In this document: positions 19,350 through 28,825 of the stretch, in pieces | Layout: each line of letters starts with the position of its first letter | Numbering within the stretch: position 1 is the stretch's first letter | DNA from: a virus | IMG/VR virus record: IMGVR_UViG_3300027763_002006 | Location: 1-64,000 of that record | DNA: 64,000 bases | Reading direction: 5' to 3' (one strand) | The notes under the pieces: generated by a model | What the model was told of the DNA's origin: nothing | Databases searched by the model: none | The model's input: only the letters and a program-made list of their open reading frames with translations | Program-made: the position numbers and the translations under genes

Positions 19350-19790
19350 TATTACAAGCATTTTAGTATGTGCTACGCACATTGTTTCTTCATACTACGT
19401 ATTCGAAACAATTTTCTATTCTCTTTATTGTTTTGGATTGTAATTTAACACTGGTTTAATATTTCGTAGATTCGAGTCATAATTTGCCGTTGCCCGGCAA
19501 AAAATAAAAACATTTCGTGAGTTCTGTTTTCATACTGTATTGATGAGATTTGCTAGTGCAACAGAGGCGGTTGACCTGTACCCCTTACTCAAGATTTGAC
19601 TGTCAGCGGTGATTTCACAATCCCATACAGCGAAATTGTAAATATCTGCGGATGTATCTTTTTCACAGAGCCGCAATCTTTTAGAACCTTTCGTTAGTTC
19701 CTGACGTACACAACCTAAGAATCCAACGGCACAGCACAACCTGTACAGCCTCAATAGGGATTAGCCCGCGCTAATCAAACATATGTGTAT
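19350..19790 (-). ncRNA. Candidate large structured non-coding RNA (~440 nt)
   Basis: Own consensus promoter, upstream terminator, many stems with strand-specific G-U pairs, and two pseudoknot-type complementarities. Confidence 0.65.
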
Positions 19791-19796
19791 ACTAGA

Positions 19797-19825
19797 ATTA
19801 TACATTAACATCATAACAATGTCAA
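19797..19825 (-). promoter_or_regulatory. Consensus sigma70 promoter driving the intergenic RNA
   Basis: TTGACA-17 nt-TATAAT. Confidence 0.85.
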
Positions 19826-19840
19826 CAAATTTAAGTGGTG

Positions 19841-19862
19841 AAAAAGCCCACTTAGTGGGCTT
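19841..19862 (-). terminator. Rho-independent terminator
   Basis: AAGCCCAC-TAA-GTGGGCTTTTT on minus strand, after the fibre gene. Confidence 0.8.
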
Positions 19863-19876
19863 GTTGTTTAATTATA

Positions 19877-20752
19877 TTAAACGTTTAACCATGTACTACC
19901 ATTCCATACTTGTAATATGCTGTTGCTTAATACCATCATTCCTTGTGCAGGACTAGGTATTGCGGCATTTCTTACAGTATCATCGGCGTATACTGGAATA
20001 CGTGGAACACCACTTAAATCAGCATAAGCACCACTTGTGGCTACGGTTGCCAAAGTAGGACGGCCAGTTAGGCTAGTGTATTGTCCATTGAACAATGTTG
20101 GCTTGTGTGTCAAGTCATCATAGTCACCACTGAATAGTGTAGGCTTGCCAGTTAAGTCGTCATAGTCACCACTGAATAGTGTAGGCTTATTTGACAAACT
20201 ATCGTAATCGCTGTCAAATAACACAGGTTTGTTTGACAAGTCGTCATAGTCACCACTGAATAGCGTTGGCTTGCCGGTTAAGCTGTTATAAGCACCGTCA
20301 AACAATACTGGCTTGTTTAATAAGTCACTGTATGCGCCGCTGGTAGCAACCACAGATAAAGATGAACTATTTGCTTTTAAAGCTAATTGTGTAGTCATTG
20401 TTGCACTAAAATTAGCGTCATTACCCAATGCTGTTGCAAGTTCGTTTAATGTATCTAATGCACTTCCTGCACCTGCTTTTAATGCTGTGATAGCATTGTT
20501 AACATATGTTTCACTGGCAGCGTTGGCAATGTCGCTGACGTTTGGTGGATCGGAGAAAGGCAAGTCACGCAAATCATTGTAACTACCATTTTGATCATCA
20601 AAGTAATCTAAATCTACCCAAGCATCGACACCGTTGCCGATTTTAAGTTTACCAGTGTTCAATTCATAGCCCATTTCGCCTTGACTCAGTGTTGGATTTG
20701 TACTAGTCCAGTTTGCCCCTGTGTCTCTTCTAATTTGCATTTTATTAGCCAT
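19877..20752 (-). CDS. Tail fibre-like protein with Mtd_N/hyaluronidase-type N-terminus and 14-aa repeats
   Basis: [36 protein letters not shown]; [14 protein letters not shown] repeats. Confidence 0.8.
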   Translation of the reverse strand: MANKMQIRRDTGANWTSTNPTLSQGEMGYELNTGKLKIGNGVDAWVDLDYFDDQNGSYNDLRDLPFSDPPNVSDIANAASETYVNNAITALKAGAGSALDTLNELATALGNDANFSATMTTQLALKANSSSLSVVATSGAYSDLLNKPVLFDGAYNSLTGKPTLFSGDYDDLSNKPVLFDSDYDSLSNKPTLFSGDYDDLTGKPTLFSGDYDDLTHKPTLFNGQYTSLTGRPTLATVATSGAYADLSGVPRIPVYADDTVRNAAIPSPAQGMMVLSNSILQVWNGSTWLNV

Positions 20753-20972
20753 TTGCGTTGCCCCCATCTAATTGTATATCACTTGTTGAGAATATTGATG
20801 ATGCTGAACCACCGTCTGTCTCTATAACAGCTCCTTGAAATCCTCTAGGTCCACGTGGACCTACTTGGCCTGAATGTCCAGGAATTCCCTGCGGTCCTCT
20901 TGAACCTTGAGAGCCTCTTGGTCCTGTAGGGCCTTGTAAGCCTCTGGGTCCTGCAATGTATTGTATAGTCAT
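20745..20972 (-). CDS. Short collagen-like (Gly-X-Y) protein
   Basis: [16 protein letters not shown]...; GGAG RBS; TAAATA upstream. Confidence 0.75.
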   Translation of the reverse strand: MTIQYIAGPRGLQGPTGPRGSQGSRGPQGIPGHSGQVGPRGPRGFQGAVIETDGGSASSIFSTSDIQLDGGNANG

Positions 20973-20995
20973 ACTTGTCTCCAAACTTTATATTA

Positions 20996-21541
20996 CTATT
21001 TAGCAAATTTGGAATTTTTAAACCAGTGGATGAATTCTGTTTGTCCTGCTAGAAGAGAATCTTCCCAGGTAGCGCCAGCTTCTCCGTCAGCATTATCGCT
21101 GACCCATTTACGGCTGATCCATGGTATTTTAACATGTTCGCAGACTTTGGCAATACTCCATAATTCCATGTCAACTAAGTCACAATGATCTAGTGTCCAT
21201 TGATCTGGATCTGTGACAAAGTTATTTCCCGAGCCTACTCTTACGCCAACTTCTTGGCTGTGATAGTAAAGTACATTCTCACCCAGCATATATCCACGTT
21301 CCCGCAGTGGACTACAATCAGCGTCCCGTTGACAAACACTAGTGACACTGTTTAATCCTGTGATACCTTTTAAACTGCCAGCACTGCCGTAGTTGATAAC
21401 TAAGTTAGGTCTATGTTGCATTATCGCCAGTGTGGCATGCATGGCGGCATTTGATACACCAACACCTGTATAAACAACAGGGCAGTCTACTAAATTTTTA
21501 TCTAATTCCTCTGGGAGGGCTACTAATATCAATGTTTTCAT
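20996..21541 (-). CDS. mtnN: MTA/SAH nucleosidase (purine phosphorylase family)
   Basis: VALPEE, TGVGVSNAA, INYGSAG, VDME, VSDNAD. Confidence 0.85.
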   Translation of the reverse strand: MKTLILVALPEELDKNLVDCPVVYTGVGVSNAAMHATLAIMQHRPNLVINYGSAGSLKGITGLNSVTSVCQRDADCSPLRERGYMLGENVLYYHSQEVGVRVGSGNNFVTDPDQWTLDHCDLVDMELWSIAKVCEHVKIPWISRKWVSDNADGEAGATWEDSLLAGQTEFIHWFKNSKFAK

Positions 21542-22386
21542 TGTTTCCTTAATTTCAAAATTCCACCAGTGTCTTGTGATATTTTAATTTTATCCATGTC
21601 GGGTCTTTGAATTACTATCTTATTGAATTGATTCCAAAATTTACCTATACCTTTTAAATCTTTATTAATATATACTTCTATAAAAATATCTGCAATTTTA
21701 TCAAAATCTATGTTGTTATGTTGAATATAGTAATTTTCTGCTTCTTTTCTAACTAATGCGGATTTCATTTTTGTTATAGGTTCTACTTTAGTTGCCAATG
21801 AAGTAAAGAAATGATATGTAAATTTGTGTATATCACCTGAATATTTAAATTTTCTATCCATATCTTTTACAAAATCTAAATTAGCATATTTTTCAAAAAT
21901 ATGAATTGGCATTGCAAAAAATAAATCATCTGATTTTTGTTTTCTTATACTGTAATAGTCGTCCGGAGCATGTGATCCTAAAATTTTAACAGTATTATTA
22001 CTGACGTCGAAATCACTGTCATCTAATATTTCCAGTGCTTGTAAATATAGATCAGGCCGGAATACTATAACACGTTCATAACCCTGCGATAAAATAGTAT
22101 TTCTAATAGAATCTAATAATTTAAAACTTCGAAACATTGGATTAACACGCCCACTAAGTATACACGTTGTGAAGTATTCTTCATAGTCGTTTATTTCTAT
22201 ATGTTTAAATAAATGTCTAATATTATCAATTTCTTTTTTGCTTAAAGTAACTTCTGGAAAATATGTTTCTTGCGTATAATCCCAAGTACTAAGATACCAA
22301 TCGGTTTCAAAAGGAAATATGTCCCATGACATCGAAGCTACTAATGTCTGCCTACAAATTCCATTAACTACGATTGCTGTCTTCAT
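21538..22386 (-). CDS. Hypothetical protein, possibly glycosyltransferase-like
   Basis: KTAIVVNG..R, YLSTWD, VFRPDL, DDLFF; AT-rich. Confidence 0.5.
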   Translation of the reverse strand: MKTAIVVNGICRQTLVASMSWDIFPFETDWYLSTWDYTQETYFPEVTLSKKEIDNIRHLFKHIEINDYEEYFTTCILSGRVNPMFRSFKLLDSIRNTILSQGYERVIVFRPDLYLQALEILDDSDFDVSNNTVKILGSHAPDDYYSIRKQKSDDLFFAMPIHIFEKYANLDFVKDMDRKFKYSGDIHKFTYHFFTSLATKVEPITKMKSALVRKEAENYYIQHNNIDFDKIADIFIEVYINKDLKGIGKFWNQFNKIVIQRPDMDKIKISQDTGGILKLRKQ

Positions 22387-23126
22387 TTTTCTACAAATGC
22401 TCTTTCTACTACAAATGTTCCTGGCTCACGGAGACTTCCTTCTGTCATACCCCGAGCTTTGCACCAATCACTAACTTGATGATTAAATTCTAAATTGCCG
22501 CATAACATTATTTTGTCTATGTCAGTGTTAATCTTTAGCATGCCTGTGGCTAGTTGATAGCCGATTCTGGGTTCACTCTGCCCTGTAAGTATAGGATGAT
22601 ATTCTAACACAGAATCAACCAAGTCATGCAATTCGCCGTCCTGAGGGTGATCTTTAAATGCTGTTACTAAGTCTGCGTTATACGCTAAATCTGAGGAATG
22701 TCTAGTACTATGGACAATATGAATCTTCGTCCACGATTCTAGTGTTTCTAAATCTCTGATCAAACTCATGAAAGGAGCAAGCCCTGTGCCTGTGGCCAGC
22801 ATCCATAATTCTCCTCCCTGTGTTAATGCGCTGTTGACTAATGTACCAGTGCATTTGGGCATGACAACAACTTCACTGCCAACTTCTATGTGCTGTAGTT
22901 TGCTGGTTAATTCACCGTCTTGTATTTTAATACTAAGAAATTCCAGTTCCTCACTCCAAGGAGGACTAACAATACTATAAGCCCTGACAACTCTCTTGCC
23001 ATCGATGATTAAACCAATCATGGCAAATTCTCCGGCAACAAATCTAAATGCTGTACTGCGAGTGCATTTAAAACTAAATGTGCGATCACTCCAGTGATGC
23101 ACCCAAGTAACTTTTTCTGTAAACAT
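22383..23126 (-). CDS. fpr: Ferredoxin-NADP+ reductase
   Basis: RAYSIVS, GELTSKL, ATGTGLAPF, MLCGN, VERAF. Confidence 0.92.
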   Translation of the reverse strand: MFTEKVTWVHHWSDRTFSFKCTRSTAFRFVAGEFAMIGLIIDGKRVVRAYSIVSPPWSEELEFLSIKIQDGELTSKLQHIEVGSEVVVMPKCTGTLVNSALTQGGELWMLATGTGLAPFMSLIRDLETLESWTKIHIVHSTRHSSDLAYNADLVTAFKDHPQDGELHDLVDSVLEYHPILTGQSEPRIGYQLATGMLKINTDIDKIMLCGNLEFNHQVSDWCKARGMTEGSLREPGTFVVERAFVEK

Positions 23127-23140
23127 AATATCCAAAATTA

Positions 23141-23232
23141 ATGCTCACTTTAAATGAAGTCTGGCGTAACTTACATTTTAGGCAGCAGCCGCCTACACTC
23201 TTATAACGCAAAGGTCCTAAGGTAGAGTGTTC
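23141..23232 (-). promoter_or_regulatory. Candidate structured cis-regulatory RNA in the fpr 5' leader
   Basis: Three stems (ACACTCT/AGAGTGT, AGGC/GCCT, AAATG.AAGT/ACTTCATTT) plus possible TGCT/AGCA pseudoknot. Confidence 0.55.
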
Positions 23233-23259
23233 ATTGAAATCTTTACACAGACTATTCTG

Positions 23260-23898
23260 TTATTTTTTCCATATCCAAAATAGTCTATGAGGAGTTCTTT
23301 TTTCAGTGTTACTACGTTTTGCCGCTCGATCAGTCCAATCAAGATCTTTTTCACCTTGACGATTTGTTCTTGTAATCTGCACAGGTCCTTCATGTAATGT
23401 CATATTTAGTTCTTCAGTCCAAGCTGCAATTTTTTCTGCATTCCATCCATAATACATATCTTTGATGTCATTGTGATCTTTCATGTTTCCACGAAATATA
23501 GCATACCCACCTTGTTTAAGAACTCTAGTTACTTCTAGTAATTGTTTTTGTATAACAGATCTATCACCAAAATTAATACTTCCAAAACATAGAACAACAT
23601 CAGCAGAGTTATCATCAAACGGAATTACAGAAATGTCTGTCTTAATGTCGGCTGCGTCATTTACTAAATCAATTCCAATTAAATTTTTTATAAAATTTTT
23701 ATATTGATTATCGCCACAGCCCAGATCCAATACTAATAAAGGATTGAGGCTGTTTACAAATTCTATAGTTTCCGTGCCACATTTTTCATACTTGTGTATT
23801 TTTCCTTTTGAAAATTCTTTGCCCTGTAGTTCTTTTCTTTTTCTTTTTTCTTCATCTACATGAAAGAAATTAGAAATATCATTGTTTAATGTTGACAT
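23260..23898 (-). CDS. Class I SAM-dependent methyltransferase
   Basis: VLDLGCG, GIDL, FGSINFG. Confidence 0.85.
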   Translation of the reverse strand: MSTLNNDISNFFHVDEEKRKRKELQGKEFSKGKIHKYEKCGTETIEFVNSLNPLLVLDLGCGDNQYKNFIKNLIGIDLVNDAADIKTDISVIPFDDNSADVVLCFGSINFGDRSVIQKQLLEVTRVLKQGGYAIFRGNMKDHNDIKDMYYGWNAEKIAAWTEELNMTLHEGPVQITRTNRQGEKDLDWTDRAAKRSNTEKRTPHRLFWIWKK

Positions 23899-24723
23899 TT
23901 AAACCTCAATAATCTTCGGACAAGTTTTTAAAAACTCGAGAGTTTCTTCGGTAACTCTGCCAGTAACGTTAAGCGTTGGTCTATTACCGTGACTGAAATT
24001 TGCTGTTCCGTGTGGAATATCTCGCCATGGCCAAGTGATACAATCGCCCTTTTTCCAAGTAAGAAACTCGTCGCCCTGTTTCCATACTTGACCTTCTTGT
24101 TGATCTTCTAAAAAAATAATAACACGCATTAATTTTCTTTGATCGTAGTCACATTCAGCAAATTTGTTGTAGTCATCTCTTTGTTGTTTTAAAATTCCGC
24201 CAAAGTTGTCCAAGTGCCAGTAAAACATTTGTCCTGGCTTTTGTACGTCAAATTTAATATTAGGACCTGCTCCGCCATATTCTGGCAGTGCTGCTCGGCC
24301 AGTGTGTGCAGGATGAGTAAATTTAAAAACATCTGCCATTTTTTGCAAGGTTGGTGTTAATTTAGCATGTCGAGTTCTGTTTAATATAGTATATGATCCT
24401 TCGCCGTCAACATTGTAACCCCATCGTTTAAAATCATTGTACTCCATGGTGTTATTATTATCTCTGCGAGATTCAGAACGATAGTCAAAAGTAGCAGGAA
24501 ATGTCTGCTCAGTCATTGTTCGAATCTCTTCGATCCAGTCACCGCGAAATTGACATATAGGAACAACCAAAGGTGGCTCATACTCCACAGGTACACTCTT
24601 GTCAAAATTGTATAAACTTGTTGCTTTACAAAATTCATAGAGACCGTTAAATCCATTATAAGGAACCGGATCGGCGGTTTTCAAACTATTCCATAACTCG
24701 TAGGAATTTTTATCAAAGTTCAT
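23899..24723 (-). CDS. 2OG-Fe(II) dioxygenase-like protein
   Basis: WHLD (HxD)...PHGTAN...R; GGAG RBS before ATG 24723. Confidence 0.75.
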   Translation of the reverse strand: MNFDKNSYELWNSLKTADPVPYNGFNGLYEFCKATSLYNFDKSVPVEYEPPLVVPICQFRGDWIEEIRTMTEQTFPATFDYRSESRRDNNNTMEYNDFKRWGYNVDGEGSYTILNRTRHAKLTPTLQKMADVFKFTHPAHTGRAALPEYGGAGPNIKFDVQKPGQMFYWHLDNFGGILKQQRDDYNKFAECDYDQRKLMRVIIFLEDQQEGQVWKQGDEFLTWKKGDCITWPWRDIPHGTANFSHGNRPTLNVTGRVTEETLEFLKTCPKIIEV

Positions 24724-24751
24724 TAATTTTTCTCCGTATTCAGTATATTGA

Positions 24752-25612
24752 TCAGTCAAGTCCGAGTTCTTTGCGTATTTTAGTGGCACTGATATCAGTT
24801 ATGCTTTTGTCAAAAGTCTCTTCACCGGCAGTGTAACCCACACCACGACCCCAGCCAATGTGTACGATATTAGGAACAACTTGTATTTCATATTGCCCTT
24901 GATACAGTGGATCTAAATCACGACGGATAAAGCCTTTGACTTTTTCTACTTCAAAGGGATTGCTGCCCTGCCAACCTTGTACATCACGCACTTGAATAAT
25001 TACTTGTCCGGTCTTAGCCAACAAACGTTCAAACAGCGCACGATGTCCATCATGCCATGGTTGCCAACGGCCCAGCATTTGTACAGTTTCTTTTTTCCAA
25101 TCAAACTCAGGACGTCTACGATTAGATAAAATGTGCTCTCCGATAAACTCTGCCCACTTTTCAGCGTTTTGTTCAGTTATACGAAAGTCATATACTTCGG
25201 GCGGCGTAAATGCTTTGTTGGTATCTTCGTAACGGCCTTTGTCAATTGTATCGACCCAGATAGTCCAGTCTGCTTTAAAGTTATTACGCATTTCAACCAA
25301 TGGTGCAACAAAATCACAGATAACAAACTCGCCTGTGCATTCTATGGCAAATTGGAACATACGTAAACTTTGACGTATGCGACCTTCTTTACTAAAGTCC
25401 CAGTCGTTGTATTTTTTACGAATATCATCAGCATTAAACCAATCTACTCCCACTCGCATAAAATTAGGATCCGGTATCCCTTCGTAGTTCATTACTCGAC
25501 CGGGATTAACTTTTAATAAATCACCGTTGGTTTCGAGGTATTGTTTAAGTGCTTGAGCCAAATAAGTTTTACCTGCGCCAGGCAAACCCATGATTAATAT
25601 ACGTTGTGTCAT
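24752..25612 (-). CDS. Adenylylsulfate kinase-like domain fused to HxGH nucleotidyltransferase
   Basis: GLPGAGKT, NADDIR, DFSKEGR, DFVAP; then GRWQPWHDGH and ISATKIR. Confidence 0.8.
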   Translation of the reverse strand: MTQRILIMGLPGAGKTYLAQALKQYLETNGDLLKVNPGRVMNYEGIPDPNFMRVGVDWFNADDIRKKYNDWDFSKEGRIRQSLRMFQFAIECTGEFVICDFVAPLVEMRNNFKADWTIWVDTIDKGRYEDTNKAFTPPEVYDFRITEQNAEKWAEFIGEHILSNRRRPEFDWKKETVQMLGRWQPWHDGHRALFERLLAKTGQVIIQVRDVQGWQGSNPFEVEKVKGFIRRDLDPLYQGQYEIQVVPNIVHIGWGRGVGYTAGEETFDKSITDISATKIRKELGLD

Positions 25613-26277
25613 AATTTATATTCTTGTTGTTTTAATATATTTAAAAATTCTTCAGTTTTAACAGTTTTTACACCTGTTAGTTGAAATGTTACTCTAGGAC
25701 TATGTCCTGAATTTGCTGTGCCATGCGGAACATTTGCCCAGTCGAATGTAGTAACTTCACCGGCACGCCATTTGTTATGATGATAGTTTCCGTATTCCCA
25801 GAACTGCCCTGGTTGCCAATCAGTTAATTGAATCATAACTCGCAATATTTTGCTGGGATCTTCTGGGCACCATTTTTGCAATTTGTCTAAATGTCGATTC
25901 CAAACTTCGCCGGGCATTTGTACGTGAATACGTTCCATGACATCATCTAATGCAAACAATTCTGTAATTTGACGTAACACAGGAGGTATAGCCCAATTTA
26001 AGTGTGTAATAGTTACGTCTGCATCCATGCCTATTCGAGTTAAATCATATTCTTCGGCAATTTGATCTTCACGTGGAGCTTCTACACCCTCGCCTTTATA
26101 TCCTCGAGTGCGCCATGTTGCAGGTTTTGCTGTGGCAATAATCTCTTGGAGTTCTAGATCCCAACAAGGCTTGATCTGTCCTAAATTTATTACTGTATCA
26201 AAGCGTTCGTCATGTGCGAATTGATCGTCAAAGTGATAACTACTTTTTTCTTTGGTTGTGTCCCAGCTACTTTTCAT
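25609..26277 (-). CDS. 2OG-Fe(II) dioxygenase-like protein
   Basis: QMPG...RHLD...PHGTAN...PRVTFQLTG; paralogue of 23899. Confidence 0.75.
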   Translation of the reverse strand: MKSSWDTTKEKSSYHFDDQFAHDERFDTVINLGQIKPCWDLELQEIIATAKPATWRTRGYKGEGVEAPREDQIAEEYDLTRIGMDADVTITHLNWAIPPVLRQITELFALDDVMERIHVQMPGEVWNRHLDKLQKWCPEDPSKILRVMIQLTDWQPGQFWEYGNYHHNKWRAGEVTTFDWANVPHGTANSGHSPRVTFQLTGVKTVKTEEFLNILKQQEYKL

Positions 26278-26900
26278 TTTATAAAACTGACCTTTCTGAC
26301 AAATTTATCCAGTTCTTGAATTTCAATGTCGTTAATGTATTTACTATTTGCATCAGATTTAAGTATCTCTGCAATCCTTGAATCATTGCCATTTACGGGG
26401 AACGCTAATAATTTAGCCATGTTAGTAACATAATGTTCTTTGTACAAGTACAATAATTCTTGACTTAGATATATAGGATCTAAAGTGTTAAGATAATTTA
26501 ATTGATCTAGAAAATCATTTAATGACACTCTATTTCTAATTCTCTGTTGTTGACTTTTAAGTATATTTTGATCACGTCCGATGATTGCTATTTTTACTTC
26601 TATGTTTAGTTCTTGTAAACCGGCAATAAATTGTTGGTAATTGGGAATTGTAGGAATATCTATATTGTGATATGGACAGCTAATACTTGTCACGTAATAA
26701 TCACTTTGACTCCAATCAAAAGTTTTCAACAATTCAGGATTATTCCAGTGTTCAGCAAATGGTTCATCTTTGTGCGCTATCCAATAAGTGTCTAATAATT
26801 TATTCCAACCATAGACGTCTTTGTGTAGTGCAAATATTTTGCTGAACAAGTGATTGCCTGAACCCTGCGGTCCTGTTATAATTAACATAGTCTTTGACAT
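26274..26900 (-). CDS. Sulfotransferase-like P-loop protein
   Basis: IITGPQGSGNHL; IIGRD. Confidence 0.55.
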   Translation of the reverse strand: MSKTMLIITGPQGSGNHLFSKIFALHKDVYGWNKLLDTYWIAHKDEPFAEHWNNPELLKTFDWSQSDYYVTSISCPYHNIDIPTIPNYQQFIAGLQELNIEVKIAIIGRDQNILKSQQQRIRNRVSLNDFLDQLNYLNTLDPIYLSQELLYLYKEHYVTNMAKLLAFPVNGNDSRIAEILKSDANSKYINDIEIQELDKFVRKVSFIK

Positions 26901-26905
26901 TTTAA

Positions 26906-27130
26906 TTAATCCTTTCCAGTTACAATAACAGCAACTTGATCAACCCATACCATTCTGCCACGACAACTGATATTCCATTTAGTTTCACCATGCTCTTGTG
27001 TACACTCAGTGTATGTTTCTCCGATGATGCGAACATCTGAAGCCAAATGTTCTACACCATTTTCAAATATGCGCCAGACTAATACCCCATCAGTGTGCTT
27101 GGTATTGAATCTAACATGATACTTGTTCAT
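26906..27130 (-). CDS. Hypothetical protein
   Basis: 74 aa ORF, ATGA-coupled. Confidence 0.65.
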   Translation of the reverse strand: MNKYHVRFNTKHTDGVLVWRIFENGVEHLASDVRIIGETYTECTQEHGETKWNISCRGRMVWVDQVAVIVTGKD

Positions 27131-27753
27131 ATTACCATAACACGCACATCTGACACTGCATAGTCTTGTGCGTATTCTTTAGGTGGCGCAGTGATGTTTA
27201 ATGCTTGTGCTAACTGTAAATTATCTACAACGACTCGGCCACGATATTTCCACCATGCAGATAGAATATCTGCATTTTGTCTTTTAATAATTTGAGCCAT
27301 GTTCTTTAAATCTTTGTAATATTCAAAGTAGTCGGGATAAGTGATATCAAAGTGACCACATTTAACCCACCAGCCCAAGCAACTATCATCACTGCGATGT
27401 ACAATTACAATGGGAGTTTCAGGAAACAATTTTCGCAGATGTTCAATGTGATTGCAGAACACATGACTTTTAATAATTCGCGTACCCTTGGATTCTTTAA
27501 ATTGAAATGGTTGTTCAAATATAGATTCTAATTGTTCGCGATTTAATGTTGTTAAATCTTCTGGCAGTGAACTTACCATGCCAGGATCAAAATATGCACC
27601 CAAGTGCATGAGTTCTGTTTTACCGCTGGCATCATGATAATAAGTCCACTCATCGCGATAATCACTGCGATCGATGTCTGCACTGTAGTAAATGTTTTTA
27701 ACTACGGAGCTCCATTTACTTCCTGGAGCCCCGGCTACGAAAATATATTTCAA
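27127..27753 (-). CDS. Sulfotransferase-like protein
   Basis: FVAGAPGSKWS, HLGAYFDPGM, IIKSH, VHR; paralogue of 29788. Confidence 0.55.
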   Translation of the reverse strand: MKYIFVAGAPGSKWSSVVKNIYYSADIDRSDYRDEWTYYHDASGKTELMHLGAYFDPGMVSSLPEDLTTLNREQLESIFEQPFQFKESKGTRIIKSHVFCNHIEHLRKLFPETPIVIVHRSDDSCLGWWVKCGHFDITYPDYFEYYKDLKNMAQIIKRQNADILSAWWKYRGRVVVDNLQLAQALNITAPPKEYAQDYAVSDVRVMVI

Positions 27754-27755
27754 AG

Positions 27756-28733
27756 TTATTCCTTGCTTAAATCAATTTTACTTAGTACAGGAATAAATGC
27801 TGAACGTAGTTCATCCATGTGCTTTTTCAATCCTGCAGGAGTCAATTCATCTTCAGCATAAAATACCACTTGTGCTTCACGCCATTCTGCATATTCTTTA
27901 CTACGAACAGCGGCTGCAAAAGTCTTTTGATACCATGCAGTAATTTCTTTCTCCGTGTTGGGTGGCAACTGTATTGACCATGCCGCATATACGTTAATGC
28001 CAGGCGCTACATCACGTAGTAATGGAACGCTGGGAAATTGTGCCATACGCTGTGTGCCTGTGAATCCAATGGCTTTTACCTTGCCTGCGTCTACCAGTGG
28101 TTTGGCCACTGCAATGGGCATGATACCAAACTCTGTGCCTGCTTGTCCAGGTTGAAATGATGCCACGCTGGTCACTGTTGGCAGTGGGCCATTGAATTTG
28201 ATTGGCTTGACTAGATCACGATTACCACGGCCTTTTTCCATTAAGAATTCATAGGCAGTACGATGTGCGCCACCGCCTGTGCCCACATTGATAGGCTTGG
28301 TAGTTGTGGAGATCAGCTTGACAAAATCCTGCGGAGTGTTAACTGCGCTACTAGGATGTGCTACCAATACTAGTGGACTTTTGCCCATGGTCAGAACATC
28401 TACAAAGCTGTCGTAGTTGTATTTTTTAATGTCTTTTTGCCAGATATCATTGGTTACATAACTGCTCATGTGGCTTGGTAGATTGATTGTGTAGCCGTCA
28501 GCGGCAGCTTCTAGTACCTTGTTGTTGGCAATGACACTGTCTGCGCCAGGAATGTTTTGTACAACATAAACAAACTTTGGGTTGGTCTTTTGTACAATTT
28601 CTGCCAGCTTGCGGAAAGCCATTTCGTTGCCAGCGCCTGGAGTATTACCGACAATAACGGTAACTGGTTTAGTTGGTTCCCAGGCAAATGCCAGTGCTGG
28701 AACAAGAGCTAATATCGCTAATATTTTTTTCAT
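27756..28733 (-). CDS. tctC: Bug/TctC tripartite tricarboxylate transporter substrate-binding protein
   Basis: Signal peptide; WEPTKPVTVIVG..PG, NIPGA, DGYT, GKVKAIG, FPSVP. Confidence 0.85.
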   Translation of the reverse strand: MKKILAILALVPALAFAWEPTKPVTVIVGNTPGAGNEMAFRKLAEIVQKTNPKFVYVVQNIPGADSVIANNKVLEAAADGYTINLPSHMSSYVTNDIWQKDIKKYNYDSFVDVLTMGKSPLVLVAHPSSAVNTPQDFVKLISTTTKPINVGTGGGAHRTAYEFLMEKGRGNRDLVKPIKFNGPLPTVTSVASFQPGQAGTEFGIMPIAVAKPLVDAGKVKAIGFTGTQRMAQFPSVPLLRDVAPGINVYAAWSIQLPPNTEKEITAWYQKTFAAAVRSKEYAEWREAQVVFYAEDELTPAGLKKHMDELRSAFIPVLSKIDLSKE

Positions 28734-28825
28734 AAAATATGTCCTTTAATTATTAAAATAGTGAATCTCGACACTATATACTGTATTACAACTTTTATTT
28801 ATCAAGGATAATCAAAAAATTTACT

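Noticed and set aside
19530-19754. 74-aa ORF in the intergenic region
   Set aside because: TTG start, no clear RBS, atypical composition; the region is better explained by RNA structure
20090-20330. 42 bp periodic repeats
   Set aside because: They encode 14-aa fibre repeats; not CRISPR or iterons
19877-20752. Diversity-generating retroelement suggested by the Mtd-like N-terminus
   Set aside because: No reverse transcriptase or TR/VR pair with adenine-specific mismatches seen in the window
23141-23232. Canonical SAH riboswitch
   Set aside because: Only CGCCAG is similar; the GAGGAGCG and CGCUC elements are not in the expected order
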